Source of the DNA: Macrostomum lignano
Lineage: Eukaryota
Length of the DNA: 21,931 bases
Direction of reading: 5' to 3'
NCBI GenBank assembly: GCA_002269645.1
Contig: NIVC01002191.1
Coordinates: 1 to 21,931, forward strand
In this document: piece after piece, positions 12,101 to 21,931 of the stretch
Layout: every line of letters begins with the position of its first letter
Position numbering within the stretch: the first letter of the stretch is position 1
Position numbers and translations under genes: made by a program
The notes under the pieces: model-generated
Seen by the model: only the letters and a program-made list of their open reading frames with translations
Told to the model about the DNA's origin: nothing
Database searches by the model: none

Positions 12101-15100
12101 CTTCTATGATTGTTTACATGACGCTTCTATGATTTTTACATGACGCTTCTATGATTGTTTACATGACGCTTCTATGATTTTTACATGACGCTTCTATGAT
12201 TGTTTACATGACGCTTCTATGATTGTTTACATGACGCTTCTATGATTGTTTACATGACGCTTCTATGATTGTTTACATGACGCTTCTATGATTGTTTACA
12301 TGACGCTTCTATGATTTTTACATGACGCTTCTATGATTTTTACATGACGCTTCTATGATTGTTTACATGACGCTTCTATGATTGTTTACATGACGCTTCT
12401 ATGATTTTTACATGACGCTTCTATGATTGTTTACATGACGCTTCTATGATTTTTACATGACGCTTCTATGATTGTTTACATGACGCTTCTATGATTTTTA
12501 CATGACGCTTCTATGATTGTTTACATGACGCTTCTATGATTGTTTACATGACGCTTCTATGATTGTTTACATGACGCTTCTATGATTGTTTACATGACGC
12601 TTCTATGATTGTTTACATGACGCTTCTATGATTGTTTACATGACGCTTCTATGATTGTTTACATGACGCTTCTATGATTGTTTACATGACGCTTCTATGA
12701 TTTTTACATGACGCTTCTATGATTGTTTACATGACGCTTCTATGATTTTTACATGACGCTTCTATGATTGTTTACATGACGCTTCTATGATTGTTTACAT
12801 GACGCTTCTATGATTGTTTACATGACGCTTCTATGATTGTTTACATGACGCTTCTATGATTGTTTACATGACGCTTCTATGATTGTTTACATGACGCTTC
12901 TATGATTGTTTACATGACGCTTCTATGATTTTTACATGACGCTTCTATGATTGTTTACATGACGCTTCTATGATTTTTACATGACGCTTCTATGATTTTT
13001 ACATGACGCTTCTATGATTTTTACATGACGCTTCTATGATTTTTTACATGACGCTTCTATGATTGTTTACATGACGCTTCTATGATTTTTACATGACGCT
13101 TCTATGATTGTTTACATGACGCTTCTATGATTGTTTACATGACGCTTCTATGATTGTTTACATGACGCTTCTATGATTGTTTACATGACGCTTCTATGAT
13201 TGTTTACATGACGCTTCTATGATTGTTTACATGACGCTTCTATGATTGTTTACATGACGCTTCTATGATTGTTTACATGACGCTTCTATGATTGTTTACA
13301 TGACGCTTCTATGATTGTTTACATGACGCTTCTATGATTGTTTACATGACGCTTCTATGATTGTTTACATGACGCTTCTATGATTGTTTACATGACGCTT
13401 CTATGATTGTTTACATGACGCTTCTATGATTGTTTACATGACGCTTCTATGATTTTTACATGACGCTTCTATGATTGTTTACATGACGCTTCTATGATTT
13501 TTACATGACGCTTCTATGATTTTTACATGACGCTTCTATGATTTTTACATGACGCTTCTATGATTTTTACATGACGCTTCTATGATTTTTACATGACGCT
13601 TCTATGATTTTTACATGACGCTTCTATGATTTTTACATGACGCTTCTATGATTTTTACATGACGCTTCTATGATTGTTTACATGACGCTTCTATGATTTT
13701 TTACATGACGCTTCTATGATTGTTTACATGACGCTTCTATGATTTTTACATGACGCTTCTATGATTTTTAATGACGCTTCTATGATTTTTACATGACGCT
13801 TCTATGATTTTTAATGACGCTTCTATGATTTTTAATGACGCTTCTATGATTTTTACATGACGCTTCTATGATTTTTTACATGACGCTTCTATGATTTTTT
13901 ACATGACGCTTCTATGATTGTTTACATGACGCTTCTATGATTTTTTACATGACGCTTCTATGATTGTTTACATGACGCTTCTATGATTTTTACATGACGC
14001 TTCTATGATTTTTACATGACGCTTCTATGATTGTTTACATGACGCTTCTATGATTTTTACATGACGCTTCTATGATTGTTTACATGACGCTTCTATGATT
14101 GTTTACATGACGCTTCTATGATTGTTTACATGACGCTTCTATGATTGTTTACATGACGCTTCTATGATTGTTTACATGACGCTTCTATGATTGTTTACAT
14201 GACGCTTCTATGATTGTTTACATGACGCTTCTATGATTGTTTACATGACGCTTCTATGATTGTTTACATGACGCTTCTATGATTGTTTACATGACGCTTC
14301 TATGATTGTTTACATGACGCTTCTATGATTGTTTACATGACGCTTCTATGATTGTTTACATGACGCTTCTATGATTGTTTACATGACGCTTCTATGATTG
14401 TTTACATGACGCTTCTATGATTGTTTACATGACGCTTCTATGATTGTTTACATGACGCTTCTATGATTGTTTACATGACGCTTCTATGATTGTTTACATG
14501 ACGCTTCTATGATTTTTACATGACGCTTCTATGATTGTTTACATGACGCTTCTATGATTGTTTACATGACGCTTCTATGATTGTTTACATGACGCTTCTA
14601 TGATTGTTTACATGACGCTTCTATGATTGTTTACATGACGCTTCTATGATTGTTTACATGACGCTTCTATGATTTTTACATGACGCTTCTATGATTGTTT
14701 ACATGACGCTTCTATGATTGTTTACATGACGCTTCTATGATTGTTTACATGACGCTTCTATGATTTTTACATGACGCTTCTATGATTGTTTACATGACGC
14801 TTCTATGATTGTTTACATGACGCTTCTATGATTTTTACATGACGCTTCTATGATTTTTACATGACGCTTCTATGATTGTTTACATGACGCTTCTATGATT
14901 TTTACATGACGCTTCTATGATTTTTATATGACGCTTCTATGATTGTTTACATGACGCTTCTATGATTGTTTACATGACGCTTCTATGATTGTTTACATGA
15001 CGCTTTATGATTGTTTACATGACGCTTTATGATTTTTACATGACACTTCATGTCTGACATGACGTTTCTTTTATTCTACCGTGATGCTTCTTAATTTTTA

Positions 15101-16496
15101 AAATGACACTTTCATTAGTTTTTAAATAAGGCTTTTATGATTTTTACATGACGCTTCTATGATTTTTAAATGACGCTTCTATGATTTTTTACATGACGCT
15201 TCTATGATTTTTACATGACGCTTCTATGATTTTTACATGACGCTTCTATGATTTTTACATGACGCTTCTATGATTTTTTACATGACGCTTCTATGATTGT
15301 TTCATGACGCTTGTATGATTTTTATATGACGCTTCTATGATTGTTTACCTGACGCTTCTATGATTGTTTACATGACGCTTCTAGATTGTTTACATGACGC
15401 TTCTATGATTGTTTACATGACGCTTCTATGATTGTTTACATGACGCTTCTATGATTGTTTACATGACGCTTCTATGATTGTTTACATGACGCTTCTATGA
15501 TTTTTTACATGACGCTTGTATGATTTTTATATGACGCTTCTATGATTTTTACATGACGCTTCTATGATTGTTTACATGACGCTTCTATGATTTTTACATG
15601 ACGCTTCTATGATTTTTTACATGACGCTTCTATGATTGTTTACATGACGCTTCTATGATTTTTACATGACGCTTCTATGATTTTTTACATGGCATTTCTA
15701 TGATTTTTTACATGACGCTTCTATGATTGTTTACATGACGCTTCTATGATTGTTTACATGACGCTTCTATGATTGTTTACATGACGCTTCTATGATTTTT
15801 TACATGACGCTTCTATGATTGTTTACATGACGCTTCTATGATTGTTTACATGACGCTTGTATGATTTTTATATGACGCTTCTATGATTGTTTACCTGACG
15901 CTTCTATGATTGTTTACATGACGCTTCTAGATTGTTTACATGACGCTTCTATGATTGTTTACATGACGCTTCTATGATTGTTTACATGACGCTTCTATGA
16001 TTGTTTACATGACGCTTCTATGATTGTTCACATGACGCTTCTATGATTTTTTACATGACGCTTGTATGATTTTTATATGACGCTTCTATGATTGTTTACA
16101 TGACGCTTCTATGATTGTTATATGACGCTTCTATGATTTTTTACATGACGCTTCTATGATTGTTAACATGACGCTTCTATGATTTTTTACATGACGCTTC
16201 TATGATATTTTACATGACGCTTCTATGATTTTTTAAATGACGCATCTATGATTCTTCTATGACGCTTCTATGATTTTTTAAATGACGCATCTATGATTGT
16301 TTACATGACGCTACTATGATTTTTTAAATGACGCTTCTATGATTGTTTACATGACGCTTCTATGATTGTTTACATGACGCTTCTATGATTGTTTACATGA
16401 CGCTTTTATGATTGTTTACATGACGCTTTTATGATTTTTACATGACGCTTTTATGATTTTTACATGACGCTTCTATGATTTTTACATTACGCTTCT
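6125..16496. repeat. Satellite array of 22-23-bp units, consensus ACATGACGCTTCTATGATTGTTT, roughly 450 copies
   Basis: Continuous tandem array with period 23 (e.g. 6314 to 6337). Variation is mostly in the TTGTTT/TTTTT tract. Copy number was estimated as length divided by unit size. Confidence 0.99.
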
Positions 16497-16554
16497 TTTT
16501 AAAAAGTCTTTTAGTTTTCCTGACGTTGAAAAGTTTAATTAAAAAAATTATACT

Positions 16555-16621
16555 CTATGAAAATTCGAACCATCGTCGCTGCATTTAGCAGTTCAGTTTG
16601 TTTACCTCTAGGCTAGCTCTC
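16555..16621 (-). other. tRNA-derived (SINE-head-like) segment in element A
   Basis: Minus strand reads TAGCCTAGAGG (A-box-like)...CTGAA CTGCTAA ATGCAG (anticodon-arm-like, GCT)...GGTTCGAAT (B box), followed by T runs. Confidence 0.6.
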
Positions 16622-17108
16622 ATCGTTTTGATAACATCATAATTATATAATTCAACACTTGAAAATCCAAGCATAGAGTAAATCACACGAAGCAGTTATG
16701 ACATAATCAGTTTCTCAGTCAGTCAGTATCAGTTAACAATATGGTTACGCAATTTAAATCAAGTCTGGTGCTACGCTTCCACACTGCATTTTCAATTCAA
16801 GTCGGAGTTACAATTCAGTTATGATGCAATCTATTTCAGAATCAGAATTCAACCAGTCATTTTTTTCTCTAGCATTCTTACAATGCATTTCAAGTCGAAA
16901 AGTTTGCTTGACCTTTGCAAAAAAGCATGTTTTTCGAATATTTAATGCCTTTAGCATCGAGCAATTTCTTATCCACGATGCATGTACCGTCACGGGAAAA
17001 TTTCTGATCGAACAGTGCAAGTTCGAACAAAATCGGTCCAGCCATTTTTTCTCTAATCTATCACATATATATATATATATATAGACATCACATTTTTAGT
17101 ATATAGGA

Positions 17109-17641
17109 TTTAGCAGTTCAGTTTGTTCACCTCTAGGCTAGCTCTCATCGTTTTGATAACATGAAATTTTGCACTTAAATAATTCAACACTTTAAAATCC
17201 AAGCATAGAGTAAATCACACGAAGCAGTTATGACATAATCAGTTTCTCAGTCAGTCAGTATCAGTTAACAATTATGGTTACGCAATTTAAATCAAGTCTG
17301 GTGCTACGCTTCCACACTGCATTTTCAATTCAAGTCAGAGTTACAATTCAGTTATGATGCAATCTATTTCAGAGTCAGAATTCAACCAGTCAGTTTTTTC
17401 TAGCATTCTTACAATGCATTTCAAGTCAAAAAGTTTGCTTGACCTTTGCAAAAAAGCATGTTTTTCGAATATTTAATGCCTTTAGCATCGAGCAATTTCT
17501 TAGCCACGATGCATGTACCGTCACGGGAAAATTTCTGATCGAACAGTGCTAGTTCGAACAAAATCGGTCCAGCCATTTTTTCTCTAATCTATCACATATA
17601 TATATATATATATATAGACATCACATTTTTAGTATATAGGA
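17109..17641 (-). mobile_element. Tandem duplicate of the 5'-terminal ~525 bp of element A
   Basis: Near-identical to 16584-17108 (TTTAGCAGTTCAGTTTG...TTTTAGTATATAGGA). It has small indels and a longer (TA)n. Confidence 0.9.
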
Positions 17642-17845
17642 AGAGCTGCTTGACCTTTGCAAAAAAGCATGTTTTTCGAATATTTAATCCCTTTATCATT
17701 GAGCAATTTTTTAGCCAAGATGCATGTACCGTCCAGGAAAATTTCTGATCGAATGGTGCAAGTTTGAAGAAAATCGGTTGAGCCATTTTTTCTGAAATCT
17801 ATCGCATACCTACCCATACAGACAACTCATTTTTAGTATATAGGA
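17642..17845 (-). mobile_element. 204-bp 5'-terminal fragment of a B-type element
   Basis: Matches 21016-21220 (AGAGCTGCTTGACC, GCCAAGATGCATG, GAAGAAAATCGGTTGAGCCA, CTGAAATCTATCGCATA) better than the A-type end. Ends in plus-strand GA (minus TC). Confidence 0.85.
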
Positions 17846-17984
17846 CTAGCAATCTTTGCCCCCCGATGGGGGACATCTGGATAGAATCCTTGTTTTTTAC
17901 AAATAACAAATAGACAGCGAAATAAAGCCTTCAGAAAAAACAACAGACATTCCCTCTTAAAAACAAAACATCCAAGACAGCAAG

Positions 17985-18770
17985 CATCCTCAGACAACAT
18001 TCAAGCATTGATCCCCAAATAGCAAGCATCCCCCAGACTGCAAGCATCCCCCAGATAGCAAGCATCCCCCAGATAGCAAGCATCCCCAGATAGCAAGCAT
18101 CCCCCCGATAGCAAGCATTCCCCCAGACCCCAGATAGCAAGCATCCCCCAGATAGCAAGCATCCCGCAGATAGCAAGCATCCCCCAGATAGCAAGCATTC
18201 CTCAGATAGCAAGCATCCCCAGATCGCAAGCATCCCCAGATAGCAAGCATTCCCCCAGACCCCAGATAGCAAGCGTCCCCCAGATGGCAAGCATCCCAGA
18301 TAGCAAGCATCCCCAGACTGCAAGCATCCCCGATAGCAAGCATTCCCCAGACCCAGATAGCAAGCATCCCCAGATAGCAAGCATCCCGCAGATAGCAAGC
18401 ATCCCCAGATAGCAAGCATTCCTCAGATAGCAAGCATCCCCAGATCGCAAGCATCCCCAGATAGCAAGCATTCCCCAGACCCCAGATAGCAAGCGTCCCC
18501 CAGATAGCAAGCATCCCGCAGATAGCAAGCATCCCCCAGATAGCAAGCATCCCGCAGATAGCAAGCATCCCTAGATAGCAAGCATCCCCCCCAGATAGCA
18601 AGCATCCCCAGACAGCAAGCAACCCCTGATAGCAAGCATAACCTGGATACAAAGATACCTTATAGATATCTAGCAACCCCCTCTCAGATAGCAAGTACTC
18701 TCCACCCCCAAGAGCAAGCATCCCCCTGATAGCAAGTATCCATCCTTAAATAGCAAGCATCCACCAGAGA
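17985..18770. repeat. 17-18-bp minisatellite GATAGCAAGCATCCCC(C)A inside element B
   Basis: Directly visible (period 18 at 18054 to 18072). It is the source of the spurious MLAIWG ORFs. Confidence 0.97.
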
Positions 18771-18819
18771 ACAAGTAGCTAGTGCAACAATTTCCTTAGC
18801 TTTATAATGGTTTCATTTT

Positions 18820-20635
18820 GTTTGGCATGACACTTCTTTTATGTTTGAAATGGTGTCTCTTTTTTGTTTAAAAAAGTGGCTTTTTAATGTTTGACATGGT
18901 AGCTCTTTTGTGTTTGACATGATAGCTCTTTAATGTTGGACGTGGTGGCCCTTTTGTGTTTGACATGGTAGCTCTTTAATGTTTGACATGGTGGCTCTTC
19001 TATGTTTGCCATGGCGGCCCTTTTACGTTTGAAATGGTGTCTCTGTTATGTTTGACATGTGGCTTAGTTGTTTGACATGGTGGCTCTTCTATGTTTGACA
19101 TGGTGGCTCTTCTATGTTTGACATGGCGGCCCTTTTACATTTGAAATTGTGTCTTTTTATATTGGGCATAATGGCTCAATAATGTTTTGACATGGTAGCT
19201 CTTTTATGTTTGATATGGTGGCTCCCTTATGTGTGACATGGTGTCTTTTTTATTTTTAATGTTTGACATGGAGTCATATATGTTTGACATGGATCATATA
19301 TGTTTGACATGGAGTCATATATGTTTGACATGGTGGCTCTTTAATGTTTGACATGGAGTCACGTATATGTTTGACATGGTGGCTCTTTAATGTTTGACAT
19401 TGAGTCACGTATATGTTTCACATGATGGCTCTTTTATGTTTGACATGATGGCTCTTTTATGTTTGACATGGTAGCTCTTTTATATTTTACATGGTGGCTC
19501 TTTTATGTTCGACATGGCTGATCTTGAATGTTTGACATGGTGGCTCTTTAATGTTTGACATGGTGGCTCTTTAATGTTTGACATGGTGGCTCTTTTATGT
19601 TTGACATGGTGGCTCCTTAATGTTGAACATGGTGGCTCTTTAATGTTCGACATGGTGGCTCTTTTATGTTTGACATGATGGCTCTTTTATGTTTGACATG
19701 GTAGATCTTTTATGTTTGACATGGTGGCTCTTAAATGTTTGAAATGTTGTCTCTGTTATGTTCGACATGGTGTCTCTTGAATGTTTGACATGGTGGCTCT
19801 TTAATGTTTGACATGGTGGCTCTTTTATGTTCGACATGGTGGCTCTTTTATGCTCGACATGGTGGCTCTTTAATGTTTGACATGGTGGCTCTTTAATGTT
19901 CAACATGGTGGCTATTTTATGCTCGACATGGTGGCTCTTTTATGTTTGACATGGTGGCTCTTAAATGTTTGAAATGTTGTCTCTGTTATGTTCGACATGG
20001 TTTCTCTTGAATGTTTGACATGGTGGCTCTTTAATGTTTGACATGGTGGCTCTTTTATGTTTGACATGGTGGCTCTTTTATGCTCGACATGGTGGCTCTT
20101 TTATGTTTGACATGGTGGCTCTTAAATGTTTGAAATGTTGTCTCTGTTATGTTCGACATGGTGGCTCTTTTATGTTTGACATGGTAGCTCTTTTATATTT
20201 TACTTGGTGGCTCTTTAATGTTTGACATGGTGGCTCTTCAATGTTCAACATGGTGGCTCTTTAATGTTCGACATGGTGGCTCTTTAATGTTTGACATGAT
20301 GGCTCTTTTATGTTTGAAATGTTGTCTCTGTTATGTTTGACATAGTGGCTCTTTAATGTTCGACATGGTGGCTCTTTTATGTTTGACATGATGGCTCTTT
20401 TATGTTTGAAATGTTGTCTCTGTTATGTTCGACATGGTGGCTCTTTAATGTTTGACATGGTGGCTCTTTAATGTTTGACATTGAGTCACGTATATGTTTC
20501 ACATGGTGGCTCTTTTATGTTTGAAATGGTGGCTCTTTTATGTTTGACATGGTGTCTCTTCTGTGTTCTACATGGTGGCACTTTTTTTTGTTTGGCATGG
20601 TGGCTCTTTTATATTTGACATTGCGCTTCTTTTAT
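18820..20635. repeat. 23-bp minisatellite ACATGGTGGCTCTTT(A/T)ATGTTTG inside element B
   Basis: Period 23 (19534 to 19557). It is more heterogeneous than the element A satellite. Confidence 0.97.
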
Positions 20636-20679
20636 GTTTAGCATTTTGTGTTTTAAAGTGTTTTAATAAAAAAATGTTT

Positions 20680-20750
20680 TGCACTACTAAGATTCGAACC
20701 CAGGTCGCTACATTAGCAGTCCAGTCTGTTCCCATCTTGGCTATCTCTTT
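20680..20750 (-). other. tRNA-derived (SINE-head-like) segment in element B
   Basis: Minus strand reads TAGCCAAGATGG (A box), CTGGA CTGCTAA TGTAG (anticodon-like arm, GCT), CTGGG TTCGAAT CTTAG (T arm, B box), then a T7 run about 20 nt further on. The acceptor stem does not pair. Confidence 0.65.
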
Positions 20751-21220
20751 TCAATTGGAGAACATGTATTGTGGCCCTTATAATTCAATTCTTATAGCAA
20801 GTCAGTTAGAGTAAAAAGTTATGACATAATCAATTTCTCAGTCAGCCAGTATCAGTCTCAATTCAAGTTAGCAATATGGTTACGCAATTACAATCAAGTC
20901 TTGTGTGCATTTTTTCGACACTGTTTTCATCTTGTTGTGATGCAATCTTTATCACAATTGAAATTCAGTCAGTCAGTTTTTTCTTTCGCATTTTTACAAT
21001 TCATTTCAGGTCGAAAGAGCTGCTTGACCTTTGCAAAAAAGCATGTTTTTCGAATATTTAATCCCTTTAAAATTGAGCAATTTCTTAGCCAAGATGCATG
21101 TACCGTCCCAGGAAAATTTCTGATCAAATGGTGCAAGTTTGAAGAAAATCGGTTGAGCCACTTTTTCTGAAATCTATCGCATAGCTAGATAGTTACAGAC
21201 ATTTCATTTTAGTATATAGA

Positions 21221-21591
21221 CTAGCAGGGTAGGCTGTCTGCCAGCATCCAGAATTTTTATTATACCCCCCGGGTAGGCTTGCGCAAGTTAAATAGAGTAA
21301 TTATCTCGGCAGTGGGGCGGGTGAGTTTTCTTATCAGTTGGCTCTGGCGCAATCATTAAAATTGGCAGTGAAGTTTCTCGCTGATAGAATTTTGCATTGA
21401 AAAAGCCCATTTAAAACAGTTTTTCGAATATTTAATCCCCTTAGCATTGAGCTAGAGCCTAATAAAATTACATGTACCGTCCCGGCACATTTGACATGTT
21501 TTGGCGAAGAAACGGAGAAAATCGGTTGAGCCGTTCGGAGATAATCGATTGCATACAAGCAAGCAAGATTTTCATTTTTAGTATATTACGA
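21221..21591 (-). mobile_element. Short (~370 bp) Helitron-like element C without a satellite
   Basis: CTAG at 21221-21224 abuts the TC of element B, with a weak hairpin GCTG-TCTGC-CAGC. The segment TTTTCGAATATTTAATCCC...CATGTACCGTC...AAAATCGGTTGAGCC...TTTTAGTATAT is homologous to the 5' box of A and B. The exact 5' boundary is uncertain. Confidence 0.6.
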
Positions 21592-21619
21592 GGCCAACTC
21601 CTCCTCTGGAGGAGAAAGG

Positions 21620-21931
21620 GGAAGAATTCCCATCACCGGAACTCCATTCCCCTGAAATGCCATTCCCTGAATCCCATCATCCAACTCCTCTCCGCGAAAC
21701 TGAACATCATCAAATCTTCTCCGTAAAAGAAAACTCCATCAAACACCTCTCCGTGAAACTGACATTCATCAAAATCCCCTCGAGAAATAGAAATCCTCTC
21801 CGTGAAACTGGACTCCATGGAAATCCTCTCCGTGAAACTGACATTCATCAAATCCCCTCCGAGAAACAGAAATCCTCTCGTGAAACTGGACTCCATGGAA
21901 ATCCTCTCCGTGAAACTGACATCCATCAAAA
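21620..21931. repeat. Tandem repeat with a CCTCTCCGTGAAACTG core and ~79-bp higher-order unit (30+29+20), running off the window
   Basis: Subunits start at 21791, 21821 and 21850, and the pattern recurs at 21870. Earlier copies are degenerate. Confidence 0.85.

Larger units (their letters stand above)
4764..17108 (-). mobile_element. Non-autonomous Helitron-like element A carrying a ~10-kb satellite
   Basis: The minus-strand 3' end is CTAG (4764-4767) followed by T, with a GC hairpin CCCC-GTT-GGGG (4779-4789) about 11 nt inside. The minus-strand 5' end is TC (plus ...TTTTAGTATATAGGA, ending 17108) preceded by A. The 5' ~550 bp is homologous to 20680-21220 of element B. There are no TIRs or TSD. 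Confidence 0.75.
17846..21220 (-). mobile_element. Non-autonomous Helitron-like element B (~3.4 kb) with two internal tandem arrays
   Basis: CTAG at 17846-17849 with hairpin CCCCC-GAT-GGGGG (17860-17872). 5' TC at 21219-21220 (plus ...TTTTAGTATATAGA). Terminus CTAGCAATCT..GCCCCCCG.TGGGG is shared with element A. Confidence 0.8.

Noticed and set aside
6125-16496. CRISPR-like appearance of the repeat arrays
   Set aside because: Units are directly adjacent with no unique spacers, there are no cas genes, and the context is eukaryotic.
16808-17817. Short ORFs in the conserved 5' boxes (also 20876-21170 and 21334-21726) as a Helitron Rep/helicase
   Set aside because: They are 60-90 aa with no HUH or helicase motifs, and frames are not conserved among the homologous copies.
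17931-18721. Overlapping MLAIWG/GDACYL repeat ORFs up to 243 aa
   Set aside because: Translations of the 17-18-bp minisatellite, open in several frames only because the unit lacks stops on that strand.
19664-20225. ORFs in the element B 23-mer array
   Set aside because: The 23-bp unit is not a multiple of three, so these are chance open stretches.
20680-20750. Functional tRNA-Ser(GCT) gene
   Set aside because: The acceptor stem does not pair, the D arm is poor, and the long variable arm of tRNA-Ser is missing. Kept only as a tRNA-derived segment.

Overview
Eukaryotic (most likely invertebrate animal) DNA with no prokaryotic features. Bases 1-414 are the GC-rich 3' end of an ASPP-family gene (last ankyrin repeat plus SH3 domain) whose reading frame is broken by several apparent single-base losses. 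An AT-rich 3' region follows with two ~30-bp minisatellites, a possible decayed ORF and a GATA/GACA microsatellite. From 4764 to the window end lies a chain of related non-autonomous Helitron-like elements on the minus strand, joined head-to-tail at CTAG|TC junctions. Elements A (4764-17108, plus two extra 5'-end copies to 17845) and B (17846-21220) share one architecture: 5' TC end with a microsatellite slot, ~500 bp conserved box, a tRNA-derived A/B-box head, a 23-bp tandem array, a second C-rich repeat domain, then a hairpin and CTAG. In A the 23-mer has expanded into a ~10.3-kb homogeneous satellite with higher-order structure. In B a diverged homologous 23-mer forms a ~1.8-kb array. A hAT MITE with an 8-bp TSD is nested in A. 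No transposase or other intact protein gene is seen, and the remaining listed ORFs are repeat or antisense artefacts. All alignments and copy counts were done by eye and are approximate.
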